64,000 bases of DNA, taken from Ruditapes philippinarum (Eukaryota). The first letter of the stretch is position 1. Every line of letters starts with the position of its first letter. The notes under the pieces were generated by a model. The model was given only the letters and a program-made list of their open reading frames with translations, did no database searches and was not told the DNA's origin. The position numbers and the translations under genes are program-made. Where the stretch lies: positions 124,001 to 188,000 of the forward strand of contig NW_026854272.1 in NCBI RefSeq assembly GCF_026571515.1, written 5' to 3'. Positions 14,287-28,498 of this stretch are shown here, in pieces.

Positions 14287-16126
14287 TTAGACTAATTTGA
14301 GATAAAGAACATACCGGAACTTCAAAGAACATATTCAGCAGCCAAGGGTATAAAGACAATGGGAGCAAGAAGACTTGGAAAAAGAAATTGGCAAAAAATA
14401 CTGTTTTCATCTCTGAATAGCCTTCTCAATACATGTTGTTTGTTGAAAGAACAAATTTCAGAGAAAACTTCAGTACACATAATGCCACCTTAGTGTAGTA
14501 ACGGAATAAGTCCTTCTAGATTTAATAGAAGTTAATCAGTTATTGCACTAATGGGATAGGAGGTTATTAACTTTCTAAAAAAGCTATTCCTACCTTAGAA
14601 TTGTAATAGCTGAATTTTAGAGAAATTCTACATGTATGTCATGCAGATGATGATGCCAGTGTGGTGCATTAAGCTTCCATGTATATTAAAATTAGAAACA
14701 CATGCAATAAAATGCAGTCCTATATCAAAAAATCAAAAGGTTAAGACAAACCTGAAAACAGGTGAACAATCAATCTATATTTTCTCTTGTTTCTCATATA
14801 AGGAAAAGGTCATAGTCATAAAAACCTCTGTTCAATCAAATTATCAAAACATGCACAGGTTTTTAGGTCAGAAACCACTAAATTAATACATGAAAACCTC
14901 ATATTGTAATCACATTATAGTGTCATGTTGCCTATCAATTGTTTTATGATAAATGAGATTTTAATTTATTGTACATCAGTCTCCATTTCCCTCAAAAAGC
15001 AGTGAGTAAAACACATAGAATGGAGTATTATATAGTTGTTTATCATTTTTTTATGCATTTTTTATCATAATTTAGATCTATCATTAGAAATGACTCTTTA
15101 ATTGCTACTTTGATGTTGGCCAAATGTATCATTTCATATAATGTTCTAATATCTTTTTTTTTAATTTTAAATACCAAGGTATTCAAAATCATGTGAACTG
15201 GTAAATGTAAAATTCTTTGATTATTTTCAGCATCTAATCAACTTGTTTCTACTTAGTTTTCATGTTGTTTTTCACTTATTTTCAAGATAAAATGCAATGT
15301 TTATACACCAAAACAAAATGTTATACATATACATAAGTATTTTGTTATCTTTAGCATGATAAATTTTTAGCAGTTTCATTTAGGAACAGATTTACCACAA
15401 ACTCAACATCAAGTAACAGCTTAAATTTGGATAAATTAAACGTAATGGTCACTATTAAAGGAGTCAGAAAACCCATCGCAGTCTGAAAAGATTCTACTGT
15501 TTAGTACCTAATCAACTTGTTTGAAGTTATCAGCTCCTTGTGAAAGGATTGTACTGTTTTGATTTATGGAAAAATTAACCTACCATATAGGCAAGTCATT
15601 AGATATTGAAAACTTCTAAAACTACAGATACTGTTAAAAATTCAAAAACAAAACAAGTTCTATACACAAATTTAGCTGTGTAAGTCAGTCCTTTCACAAA
15701 TTTTCCCACTTCATTTAGGAATAAGTCCTTAAACTTATGTTACAGTATAACCTCTATGGAGCAACTTCCTTTGGGAGACATTTATTTTATATTTTGGTTG
15801 TTATTTAGAGGTGTTGCTCTATACAGAGGTAATATGTAGATGGGAAGAAATAATTTATAATTGTTGTTGTAAAGAGGTGGTTGCTGTACAGAGCGCTCTA
15901 CAGTGATTATACTATACTTTACTTGGCATGTTTGTACAGGTATTCTTATAGAGCTAGATTGCATCTATTATAATAATCTCTGGTAGTGTAACATTCAATA
16001 GCTAACTAGATATAGCATCATAACAAAATTGACATTCAAAGAATGGCATGTATTCAAACATGACATTAAGTTGCTTGTTCTATAACAAAACTAGGTATTA
16101 AGGGTCAATTTCTACATATTTTAGGA

Positions 16127-16430
16127 GACCGTCTGGTTAGCTCAACAGGTGAGCCTTTGACTGTGAATCTGGCAACCCAGGTTGAATTCCCAGACAGTTC
16201 AGATCACTTTTGTTGTGATTGATCATGGAATCCTTTCTACATTCATTTCCAAAGTACCTTTCCTCTTGCATGTACTGAAGTTATCAGTTCCTTGTGAAAG
16301 TGAAGGCAACTTGTACTGGTCAACTGCTTGACATCCTATCCAGGAATGATGCGGTGGCTGAAGTGTGCTCTGGTGAATTTAAGCTGGCTAAATACTGCTG
16401 TGACTCAGAGGGTAAATTACCAACAACCCA
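16127..16430 (+). mobile_element. Third copy of the same SINE family, opposite orientation
   Basis: Starts gaccgtctggttagctcaacagg, then gatcatggaatcctttctac, ending in an accaacaacc tail; reverse-complement similarity to the other two copies. Confidence 0.85.
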
Positions 16431-18728
16431 TACTTTTTAAGAGAAAAAATACTTTACATTTAAAATAACTCCAGTTATCATACTAATGCTCTTTTATTGA
16501 TAGAATTATACAAATTGCACCTAAGCATGGACACATAATTTACCAAAATATAGCAAATTAAATCATTATAAATATCAAGGAAAGATAAATTTACAACTGT
16601 TATTTCTAAAAATAGACCATTTCAATATTCTTTTATTAAACAAAAAATTTCCTTCTCAATTTCCTATTCTTAACCTCTGAACATTGAAATTAAGTTATCC
16701 TAAAAATCTAATCTGTGTGGATCTAAGAATCTTTATTTTGACAAAAAAAAATTAACAGCAGTTACGTTACTCTCAGGAAGTGCAAATTGTGACGATCACA
16801 TCTCTATTTCAGATGTTACGGACTTTTCAAATGATTAACAAAGGGGTTTGAAATAATACCTGTACAATGCAAACGTAAATTTGTTTCAAATTCATGTACC
16901 TCCCTGTGTAACAAACTAATTAGATCTTAAATTCGATTAAATGCACCCTAGTTCATTAAATTTGAGTCCTTATTTGTATGAAAATATACACTACCTTGTG
17001 GTCGATTAAAACGTACTGCGGTATACCGAAATAACAGAAATGCTACTTGATTCAGTTGTTCAAAAGGAGTGATTTGTATACATTTTACAAACTATTTACA
17101 AATTTTGTTTGTAAAATAAAAGTACATTTCTGTCATCTTCTTTTCTTTCAAACATTAGTCATAAAAAACTGAATGCGGCATTGTTGTTTATTGTGTTTTT
17201 TTGTTGTTTTTTTAAATAAACTAAGACAAAACAAAAAAAAGGATATCTATATTTATATCTCCCTGTTTTTATTTACAGTGGTTAAGATAAATTATATGTT
17301 CTTAAAAAAAAGCTCCCTTGATTTTTTTATTACAAAGGTAAAGAAAAGTAAGTAACACAAAAAGATATCAGTAGAAAAAGGAAACGCTAGATATAAAACT
17401 GTTTTTTGTCGCACAACTTCACCCTCATAAAATCTTGATTTTTATTCACGTTAATGCTCTTAAGTGAAACAATTATAAAGTTAACAATCATATCAGCTTA
17501 TCATATCTAGGACCCCCTTCATTATCGGACAACCTGTATGTTAATAGGTGTCAGATTCTTGGCGACCGGACCGAACTTACGCCAGAAACCCGACACCGTA
17601 ACATTTTTATACCTTTTTCACACTAAACCTTCTACAAGTTCACTCATAATTAAAACAAATTTATTACCGCGATGAGTTTTTAATATGTAAATTAAAATGC
17701 CATAAGCTATGAAATATACAGTAGTCCACGATAAAAATGGAAAACCGTTGTTAAAAAGTACAAAATGAAACTTACTGGTCTTAATAAAACATGAATTAAT
17801 CATAGTCAATAAATAAAATGTTAATTTTATGGACAGTAATAATTTAGAAGGAAACATCTTCCATTGACCATCCCATTGTAATGTTTCACTTTTACACTAG
17901 TATATCTCCTTCATTAGCATACATAGAAAATAAAACAAAGATGGTTGAGTGACAGAGAAACTGATAAATGCTTCTGAACTGCATCTTTTATATGAAATAA
18001 ATGAAATTTAACTGCAAAAGATTTTGTCAAAGTAGATTGCAAAAAAGATATAACAAACAAATAAAGAACAAACAGGCTATTGTTACTTTTGTCTGTTTTC
18101 AGTAGCTCTTTCATCTTTCAAAAGTGTCATCTTATAAGTCATTTACAACAAAAAAATGACCTAAAAAAAAAAAGATTTATCTAATTCATAAATGTTATTT
18201 TGAAAGTGATATGTTTTTAAACATAATTTTGCGTTTGAAATTTAAAAAAAAATACAAAGAAGTGACTTTTTGAAATATTTTAAATGCAACAGCTGAGCTA
18301 TTAGTAGGACAGCAATATGCTTGACTATTCCTAGTGCTTGGAAGTATGTTCAATTTTCAAAGTTAAAAAAAGGGCCATCATTCTGTCTAAACCAATGTTA
18401 GAGTTATTGACCTAAGACAATTACCTCCCAAAGAAGTGTGTGAATTTTCAAACCATTCCCTTTAGTAGTTTTTGAAATACCAACTTGAAAACAAAAACTA
18501 AACCAAAGTGTGACTCCTGGGTGAGTACAACAGCTCTCCCTATTCTTCAAATAGTCAAACTAAAATTTTCAATGGGGGTGGGGAGAGACTCAATCAATCT
18601 GGCCCATACAAACTATGAGTTGTGGTCATCTAGGAGAGCCAAATGCAGACGGACAGACAAACTGTCTCCTAAAAATACCCTTAAACCTTCGTTTGTTGGA
18701 GTATAACAACCTTAGAAATCTTCATAAT

Positions 18729-18780
18729 TGAGCCGTGTCACGACAAAACCAACATAGTGCGTTTGCGACCAGCATGGATC
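18729..18780 (+). mobile_element. Truncated end of a MITE
   Basis: tgagccgtgtcacgacaaaaccaacatagtgcgtttgcgaccagcatggatc resembles, from memory, the terminus of an abundant bivalve MITE; the rest is absent. Confidence 0.45.
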
Positions 18781-19317
18781 ATGTGCCTGTAATCCAGCTA
18801 AGACAATCGGCAGACTGTCCTCGTACAAACTATAAATAGATTTTATGACAACCCAATCATGTTATCGACACTGATCAAATTTAGAAATATTATATCAATA
18901 TTATTGCAGATAATGATCAAATCACCCAGTAAACAATTGGTCAATATAAACAATGATGAAAATTATACTCAAAACATTAATATTAATTTCCATAAATTTT
19001 GCAATTTGTAATATAAAGTTAGCATTGTTTACGTTTGGATTATGTTAGGCATAAGAGATTTACAGGTGCTGACAGTACTGCCACTTTGCTATTGTTTATT
19101 ATTACCCAACATATGGTGGTCCTTAATTACCCGAGTTTTTTTATTTCTTTTTTTTAAAGTCTTATACAATACAAAGTCATTCATATGCAACAGGCCTTGG
19201 TGATTTTGAAGAATAAAATGTTTGGGAAAGAGCCCAAGATTCTGTTAGTTCTCATGCTACTTCATCTAATGTGTCACAGTTCAGAACAGTTCATTATTTC
19301 GGGGAGAAGATGTGTAA

Positions 19318-19416
19318 GCCGCCGGGTAGCTCAGTTGGTAGAGCAGGGGAACGGTATTCTGGGGGTCCCGGGTTTGAGTCCCCGTCAGACTGCACATTTT
19401 TCTCACCCTATGACAA
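19318..19416 (+). mobile_element. Short tRNA-derived SINE or tRNA-like pseudogene
   Basis: A box TAGCTCAGTTGG and B box GGTTTGAGTCC are present, but the anticodon and acceptor stems do not pair cleanly; 3' extension cacatttttctcaccc. Confidence 0.7.
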
Positions 19417-19754
19417 GACATTAAACCAAGACCCCCTGGATAAGTATTTATGGAAAAGAACCAAAGATTTATGGTAAAAAAACAAAGATTACTTCTGTAT
19501 TTGGGAATCTTTGTACTCCTTACACTATTCCATTCAAAAGTTAAAAGGAGCTAGTTCAATATCAAAAGACAAAAGATTAAGCTGCCAAATGTATAGAGCC
19601 TCATCAAATGTAGGTATTCTTTGAGGAAATAAAACTTACTTAAAATCAAATTTACTAAAATAAAAGAAATGGTGACTGTAAAACCAGGAGTTCTTTAACC
19701 CTTATCATGCTAAATATGCTAAATGGACTTGTCTTCTGACTGAATCTGAACACT

Positions 19755-20048
19755 TGTTTGTTTTGTATTTGTTTTACTGGGTTTTAAGTCACACCGACAC
19801 AGTATATAAGTCATATGGCGATGTTCAAGCTTTACTGGTGGAGGAAGACCTCAGGTGCCCTTCCACCCTTCCATAATTTCAGGCACCAGCGGGTACCTAA
19901 GAAGAACCACTGATGTTCCGTAAGCTAGCTTGATAGCTGCCTCACATGAAAGAATTCAAAGTCCCTGTCAGGATTCAAACCCTAAGTGGTGAGGGGCAAG
20001 TGGTTTGAAGACAACGACCTTAAACCTTAACCACTCGGTCACAGACAC
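19755..20048 (-). mobile_element. tRNA-SINE with V-like core, nested inside a TTAA MITE
   Basis: Minus strand reads GACCGAGTGGTTAAGG...GGTTTGAATCC...GGTCTTCCTCCACCAGTAAAGC...(AAAC)n tail. Related fragments at ~23038-23062, 42330-42418, 46190-46380 and 63290-63440. Confidence 0.85.
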
Positions 20049-21057
20049 AACCATTTATCATTTTCATGGAAATTTTCAAGAAATGTGATGACAGAATAGC
20101 AAACAGTGCAGACCATGATCAGATGGCACAGGTGTGTTGACTGATCTTCAGGTCTGCACTAGTCACATTTGTAGAAATGCCACCTGGCGGCATAATATTA
20201 AACACTTAAACAAAGTCATATTATTATCTAAAGGTATTTAAATAAAATAAAAAGATCAAAACATCTTTTATAACAGGTTTCAAAATTCAGGAGAAAAAAA
20301 GGAGAAAAACAAGCTACTTTGTAAAGTCTATTCAGTGGTAAACGGCAAGAAAATAAAGAACTGTTATTTTCCATCTCATATTTCAAATAAAGGCAGGTTT
20401 ATATTCAATTTAGCAATTACCAGAAAGACATGCATGCATTTACAACTACTCATTAAAAACGTACAAACGAACACTTTATAAATTGATTTCTTAACCTGTA
20501 TCGGCAAACATTGACGAAAGGTCAGTCATTAATTCAACTATCAACCAATTGTGCTCAAGCCAGTACACACAGATGCTTGAAAACAAAGGTCTATTTTATG
20601 TTTAAAAGATTATACTAAAATGGTATACCCTACAATCAAAGAGTGCAGTACAGTAATTTAGTTGATGCAGTTAGTGAGTTTGAAAGAAGTTTTATATTAA
20701 ATTAAGGTTAAGGTTATTTGGTAATTGTGTATATTTTGAACAAACTAATTACTGTATATATGAGAGAGGACCATTATTTCAAACTATTGCAGGATCAAGC
20801 ATATTTAATCCAGAATAATGCTATACCTTGTTCAAGACATTGTTATTGTCTTCCTGCTCATCATCGTTATCATTACCATCATCGCTCATCTTATTTTGTT
20901 GCAATTTTGCATTTCTTCTGCACTATAGTCGTCATCTTATCTAACCATCATCTCTTGCTCTTTCTCCATGGATCTTTATCAACCATCAACAATTTACTTT
21001 TCACATTACTCTCTTTATCATCTAAAATTTAAACAAAATGATAATTATCATCTTTGT

Positions 21058-21206
21058 CATCATTTATGCATCAACATTATTATCATCAACACCAACAACT
21101 ACATCATCATAATTATCATCATCATCATAATTTTCATCATCATCATCATCATAATTATCATCATAATTATCATCATCATAAAAATCATCATCATCATCAT
21201 CATCAT
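21058..21206. repeat. Imperfect (ATC)n microsatellite
   Basis: catcatcat runs interspersed with aattat; explains the poly-I and poly-D pseudo-ORFs. Confidence 0.95.
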
Positions 21207-22519
21207 CCCAGACACCAATTAGTGTGACATGCAATTCAATAGAATTTATCAATCTTTTTAAAAGTTATAAAAACCCTTTGATAGATTTGACTATACTTCA
21301 ATGACACACCATATAAAGGGAAGTAAGTACATTTTGAGACAATAAGACCACACAAGTTCTCCCTCTTTGATAATAGCATCACACTAGTTAACTAAAAATT
21401 CTGCTGAATACAAATAAATAAATTTCTCTTTATGAGGAATCCCCTAGTGGTTAAGTGGAGCCTTTCAACCCAGTGATCACAGATTCAAGTCTAACTAGGG
21501 TCACTACCATGTTTCCTCATAGCACAACAGCACTGGGTAGTTTGTTTTTGTTGTTGTTTTTTTGTTGTTGTTGTTGTTTTAAAGTAATTTTTATAAGTTG
21601 CAAAAATCTTGTTTTGAACAAATATGTTTAAACTAAAGGAATCTCTGAATACTTTATCTTTACTTAATACATTCAGATGAAAATACATTACATTAAAATA
21701 CTTGATCATCTCGGATCAGGTGGCAATTCAAACTATTAAACTATTTAGAAAATACTAAAAACATGTATACAATGCTTAACCAAGGCTAAATTAAATAAAT
21801 AATAAAGCAGCACAACAAAAGACTCATTATTTTACCATTAAGCTAGTAGAATATTTTATACATATAGAAACAAAGAACTTGACTTGTCCGGCATTGTCAA
21901 CAAAGATTTAAATGAAAGAAGGGAGGTAACCTGGCAAAAAATGTCAAAATGAGAATGGACAGAGTTTTCTTACCTTGCATTTATAAAGTAAAGTATCAGT
22001 TTTATAAGTAAAGTGTATAGCTGTTTTTTAATATAATATTTCGTGTAATTAGGAAAATTGTACATTATCTAGACCAGTTTAAGAAAAGTTGCATAGAGGA
22101 AAATCATTGTGTTTGATCATGGTATATAGAGAAAGAGATTGAATCTTTCCATTTCATTTCTAGGAGGTCTTTAGCAATAGTGTGACTGAATTAATTTTCA
22201 GCTCAATGATTGTAAAAACACTGTGCACTTACTTCTGAGAATGATTGAACCTTAAGCCTTCTGGCAGCAGCAACCGATTCAACCTAAGTGACCACTGTAG
22301 ATCAACAACAGAACTGTGACATCTGATCATGGTCTGTACATATTTTTAGATTTTCCCTAAAAATGATGAATGGTTTAGTCCATATTTACAGTTGGCAAGT
22401 CCATATATGATATTTAGCATGGTTAAATATATTTAATTACCAGAAAAATTAATGAAATATATATATATATATAATTTGTATAAAATTCATATCAAAATTA
22501 ATGGATTTGGAAAACTTAC

Positions 22520-22592
22520 CCTTGTCAGTCTTCTTTTTCAGTGCTGTAGCCAGGTCCTTAACCTTCTTAGAACTTCCCTGGTGCACTCTGGG
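22520..22592 (-). other. Orphan exon-like segment (PRVHQGSSKKVKDLATALKKKTDKG), phase 0 to 1
   Basis: Strong donor AAGG|gtaagt after 22520. Acceptor is either aaatag| (22592) or tcttgcag| (22612). GC-richer than flanks. Confidence 0.35.
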
Positions 22593-24799
22593 CTATTTCA
22601 ACAGGTATTTTACTGCAAGAAAAACATCGTATTGCACCTTATGTACAATTCCGCTTCAGCTACAAAGGGTGTAAATTGTTTAAAGGGAGGTAACTTAAAA
22701 CATTATTATCACGGTAATGTGCAAAAAATTTGGTAGTGTGGCAGACACAATTTTTGTTATTGTGCTCTAGTTCTGATTTGATCTAAACTTTGAGAGACTG
22801 ATCATTGGCACTTAGTTTTGAGATCATGAAGACCCTTTTGACCATAGAACTTAAATGTATCAAAAATTTATTTTTAAAGTAACATAAAGCTCGTTTTTTC
22901 ATACCCGTCATCATGAACATTAATTATTTGTAATTAAGTTCCATGCCATCACAATCCTTTGTCAAATTGATATTATTTACTAATGATTTGTCAAAAAGGC
23001 CTCCCCCCCCCCCCCCCCCCCCAGAACTCGTAGGCCAGAATCCTGTCAGGGACTTTGGATTTTTAATATCAAACAACAACAAAAAAGCAACGGAACCAAG
23101 TGCCTGACTTATCTATCGAAAATTAACATAGGCAATCAACATCTGATTTGTATTTCGTAGAATTTTTCACCAGTAATTTTAAATACAACAAACATATCAT
23201 ATGTAAAACTTGTATATCTAGAATAAAGGGAGGTAAAAACGTAAGAACATTTAATTTTTTTTTTAAGTAATTACTTCCCTTTGTTTAAGAAATTGTTAAG
23301 ATAAAGGGAGTTAAAAATGTAAAGTTTAAAGAAGTGCACATTACTTCCCCTTAACAGGAAAATTTGGCCAATACTGAAATGTTGCTGTTTGAAGCACTAT
23401 GTTGTAATGATTTGACTAACTATATAGTCTCTGGATTTGACACACTGCCCTTTAAGTTGTAAATTGTACCAAATTTTTAATGAAACTATTATAAAATAAA
23501 ATCTTACCAAAATTTTGTATGAATAAATGTCATTTTATCAACTGTATAACTCCCTTGGCGGAAAAAATGTGTTAACTTTTATAACCTTTTTTCTGTATGT
23601 ATATCATACAAAATATATCAAAATTTAGGGTAAATAATTTTGTAATTTTAATATAATTCCAAGGGGAAATAATCTGTGCATTTTGATAGCATACAATGGT
23701 ACAGTAAATAAATAATTCAAAAAATATAAATAATTTACATTATATTTCAATAATATCATAGAATATTATGAGAAATGAAAGGCCTCTGAATTATTGATCA
23801 TGTATGGGAGGAACAGGTGCAAGTTAACGATAGGGGATATCGGGTGCAAACTAAGGTATAACTTCTTATGCATTTCCTCCAACTCAAAGAATTTATAAAT
23901 AGGCTAGAATTGCAATGTATTAATATTTTTTTCTCTTTTTTCCCTCGGTATATACATGTCATAGAGAAGGCAAATGGAATCAGTAGTATAGTTAAAGAAC
24001 TTTGTTTGGCTATGAAGAAGAACGAAACTTGTAACCTGCAGACCAGCTGTGAATGTCCTGACTGATGCTGAGAGGAGTGGCCCTTGAAGGAGAAAGGTAC
24101 AATGTGAAATGGTGCTAGATTGAGCAAATCCTTGGCTATTGAACAATATTTTAATGGCCAAACTGAGAACTTGTTAACAACATAAATTATTAATATTCAT
24201 GTTCAATAAGTGCATTTGTTTATTCTTTTCTTATTTTTTGGTAAGGTCTATCTTAAGATCAATCAATTTAACAGCTGTTAATATAAGAGGAAGAATTAAG
24301 ACACCTCTCTGCACAAGCAATCTTGGTAGAACTATTGTACCTCCACAAGACAAGCTGGATGGGAAGCTTCCAAAATACAATGTACAATGTTCCTAAATGG
24401 ACTCATATCCAGCATTTCAATCAAGAGTATGTCAATAGCCAGAAACTTTAATCCATTTGGGTTTTATTTTTTAAATCCGACTTGCTTATAACTAAATCAC
24501 TGTTTTATTTATCTTGTATTAATTACTATTTTGTACTATTAAAACAATAGTCCTTCAATTTCCTTATACATCATTACAAAACCTACTTGTGTTACAGTCA
24601 CACGCCTGATTAAGATTACGATCTTTAGGATACCATTACTGTTACTTAATCCCCAGCAAATATTACATGTCTTCATTATTTAATGAAGCAGATTGGCAAT
24701 TTATGCCTTAATGTCTGAGTCACAATTTTCATGTGCAGTAGAGCTCAAAAATCATCTTGCAAGTTGTAGGGTATCACAAGCTCTCTTTAATAACATAAC

Positions 24800-25011
24800 C
24801 TTGAAATTTCTATCTTCACATGCTATTGACTCCCAGAAATAAGAAAATCTTCACATTCTATGGACTCATTATATACAGAAAACCTTGAAATTTCTATCTT
24901 CACATTCTATGGAATCTCTGTATAAAGAAAAATTGAACTTTCTATCTTCACATTCTATGGACTCTCTGTATAAAGAAAACTTGAACTTTCTATCCTTCAC
25001 TTTCTATGGAC
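24800..25011. repeat. Minisatellite, ~46-bp unit, 4-5 degenerate copies
   Basis: Repeated ttgaa(a/c)tttctatcttcacattctatggactctctgtataaagaaaa. Confidence 0.85.
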
Positions 25012-27303
25012 CATAGGGAAATTGGTTCAAGATCATGCAAATCTTGAATAACTCAATATAATTAATACATTAAACCATTTCAATGCTGACTTTAAGTAAA
25101 ACAAATGTTTTGCTTTAAATTTTGAACAACCAGTAAGTTGGCAATTTGGTAGCTTTGGAGACTTCAGTATCAATGTAATGGAAATGAGTAGACAGGACTG
25201 AAAGGAAGTGAAAGTGCACACTGGCCTGGCACATACATGTATATATTTGTGGTCAACATGTCTTCCAACATCACCAAATGTGGTATTATGTAATATCATT
25301 TGTACAAATAACAACAAAAACTATAATATCATTTCATATTTTTTGGTAATTTTATTAGTTTCAACATTTACTTTGTACAAAACTAATACTTTGGTATGGT
25401 AACAAATAAAAACTTATGACATCAATTTGTACATAGCTATAACATTTTATAATCAGTAATCATACAATGTATTTGGTTTTGCGTCATGGTGTTATTTGTG
25501 TCATCTGTATACTATATAATAAATATATATTCTTTTCTTACTTATAATACATTTACTGCAGATTTTAAAATGGTTTAGGACCGGTGATCCCACAAAAAGT
25601 AAAAACAATTTTATAAATAAATAATCAGTTTTTTTTTTGGTGTTTTCTTTTCAGTCAATTATTATAATAAAATCCATTTAAAAACTTTATAATCAATGTA
25701 TTACAAAGTTAAAACCATAGTTAAAAGGCAGACAAGTATCGTAAAGAAGGAAACATTATCAAAAAAAAAGATAACAAAAACTTGAATGATTCCCTCCACA
25801 TGGACTACTAAGATAAACCTGACATACTCAAGTACTGATACTTTTCTGAGTGTATCAAAATTTATTCAATTCATTTTATTTTCTTCTTTAATTTTTTTTG
25901 CAAACAAAAAATCCCCGAGAAATAATTACGTACAATCATCTTTCACAGGAAGAGAAAAGCATGTAAATTTTCTTCAAACATTCTATTTCAAAATGAATAT
26001 TACGCCTTTTCGAGAAATATAATTTAATTCTTACAAAAATCATTAATCAAAATGCATGGTTGATGCATCTTGTCATTTTCACAACCATTTATGTTTAAAA
26101 TCATAAATTTTCACACAAAAAGCTTTCATAGAAAATTCGAATGCATCATTTATTTAAATTATTTTATCTTTTCTTAAAATTCAGTAAAACTCATCCTTTT
26201 ACATTACATCATGTATTTAAAATCAAACATAACTTTATTGACTTAAGATATAGTAGTCAAACTACTGGCTTTCCAAAACAATCAAGTGGTTGTTGAACGA
26301 TAAGATTATTTTTCATATTGCATTTTAAAATGATAAGTTATCTTCAAAAAATTGCATTTTATTTGAAAATTTTTCTTATCAAAGAAACTAAAATATAAAA
26401 CATTGTTTCCTTTATTTTCCATGAGATTTCATTTAAAAAAATATTATCTGTGGGTTATTTTAATATTATTTTTTGGTTTAAAACCCCCAGATTTTTACCT
26501 ACCAGTATTTCATTATTGTGAATTACACATGAAAAGTGTTTTCTTTTAGAAAATGGTAAATTTTTTTTAATGAAAGTGGTAAATGTTTCATTAAAATCAA
26601 TTAAAAAACAACAGCCTTAATACAATACAAATTGATTATTTTTAAAAAGAAATAATGCAGATTTTTTTCAGCTGAAAAATGTAATGATTTTTCATACTGA
26701 AAATGATATAGTTTTAATCAAACATAATTCATAGGCATTTATTATATGAACACAATAAAGAAATATGGACCCGTCTTTTTTATACAGAGCAACAAAAATA
26801 GATAATTTTTATGCGTAGAAATTTTACAACACAATAATATACAATGTACGTATAACAAAAATTGAAAATGTAAGAAAAAAACAACAAAAGAAACATAAAA
26901 CAACATAGTTTGTGTCTCTCGTCAAATTTATAGCACCCTCATGTTACAGACAAAAAGTGACTTTGCCATTTTCATCATTCATTAAAACAAGTGAATCTGC
27001 AATTTCTTCCATGCTTCCAGCTTACTGTTACATCTTTGTATAGATGTACACACCAGAATCTTTTTTGTGCATTCACAAAATGTTGAACAATCTTTTTTAC
27101 TTCTTTAAAAAAACAACAACATAATTTATAAGAGAATTAACGAGCAAGAAATTACATCTCAAAAGTTTATGTTGCGAATCATGATGTTGCAAAACCACAA
27201 TTATCATCCTTGAAATGTCATGGAATAAAATAATGCTAGTTTTTATTGTTCACTTCTTATCATTCCATCCATATTAAAAATATATGTTCACTTGGAAGTT
27301 GTA

Positions 27304-27383
27304 CTAACTCTTGACCACTACAAGGTTGGGCCTGTTGTGTAACTTTTTGTGATCCTTCAAACCATTTCTGAACCCAGTGAGGC
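27304..27383 (-). CDS. Candidate alternative terminal exon of the protocadherin (GLTGFRNGLKDHKKLHNRPNLVVVKS*)
   Basis: Strong acceptor attttgttttctttcag|GC at 27383. Open in phase 1 for 26 codons including the TAG. GC-richer than its flanks and followed by a long AT-rich UTR-like tract. Confidence 0.5.
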
Positions 27384-27459
27384 CTGAAAGAAAACAAAAT
27401 ATATTTTTACTTTCAATTCCAAGGTTTATATTTTAGATTTTTAAATAAATGAAAGTATA

Positions 27460-27750
27460 AACAAGACCTATCCACAGATGTGCTCCTTTTTTCTCATTGT
27501 TGGATATTTAAATAAAAGTAGCATAGAAAAAGGGACATAACTTTGAAAAAATTAATTTTAGGATTATCTGCCATTTTGAAATGACATAAACAAGTATATT
27601 AAGTTTGATGTTTAACTTTTATAGTTCTAAGAAAATGGGCTTTAAAGAAAAAGCTAATCAACACATATGCCTAGGCAAATGCCAAGGCAACACTTACTAG
27701 AGGGTCATGATAATAGCTCCACTTTTTTTCTTAGAAAAGTGGAGCTTAAA
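27460..27750. mobile_element. Degenerate Helentron-associated (HINE/DINE-1-like) element in the protocadherin 3' region
   Basis: acaag start, aagggacataact motif, terminal hairpin agctccacttttt..aaaagtggagct. Similar relics at ~8850-9200 and 18370-18705. Confidence 0.5.
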
Positions 27751-28498
27751 ATGAACAAATTTCTCATAATACGTTGGGTGAATTTCAATAATGGGCATTT
27801 ATTCTATTCAATTTCTAACTGTCCATTAAGAATTTCAATGTCAAGACAATGGAAGTGGGCAATCAACAGTGTACAGTATGGTGGGTGCCTGTCCTTGCTC
27901 TATATTGGTGACAGACAATTTACTGTTAACACTCAAAAGGCTGAATCTATAAATGACGAATATATTAATTTAAAATTTAAAGAAAGTTATTGTACTTTCT
28001 CAAAAACTTTACAATGGAAATGTTTCATTTCCAAAGACTTCTTTAAGTTATTTCTGAACACAATTTTGTATCAATTGTGTTGATTTATAATCAAATATTA
28101 CTCAAAAGAGTTTTCTACAAAGAAAAGCCATTTAATTTAAAAATAAAATGCTACTTCTAGCATAAATACTGACCTTAAGTGGTGAAAGTTTGCAGTTTCT
28201 GAACTTCTTACTGGTCAATGTTCTACCAGCATTATAAGTCATCAACTCCAGCATTTCTAGGCCATTAACCGGATCAGACATAGAATTGCCCCTCAATATC
28301 TCTACAATCTGTATTTCACTATTGTCATATATATAATATAGTCATTCTATATTTATATTATATTTGAGATCTCTCATAAATTATGTAATGGCAGTTCCTA
28401 TCACAGATATGGCAAATATAGTTCACTGATTTGAAGAATAAGAATTGAGCTTTGTCACACAAAATTGAACAAATTGTCAAGGTATTCAACCCTCAAAA

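Noticed and set aside
16771-16859. Additional minus-strand exon
   Set aside because: Acceptor is plausible but the donor (gtaac) is weak and there is no supporting ORF.
19318-19395. Functional tRNA gene
   Set aside because: A and B boxes are present but the cloverleaf stems are broken; better explained as a SINE head.
20718-21252. Poly-Ile, poly-Asp and His-rich ORFs
   Set aside because: Translations of the (ATC)n microsatellite.
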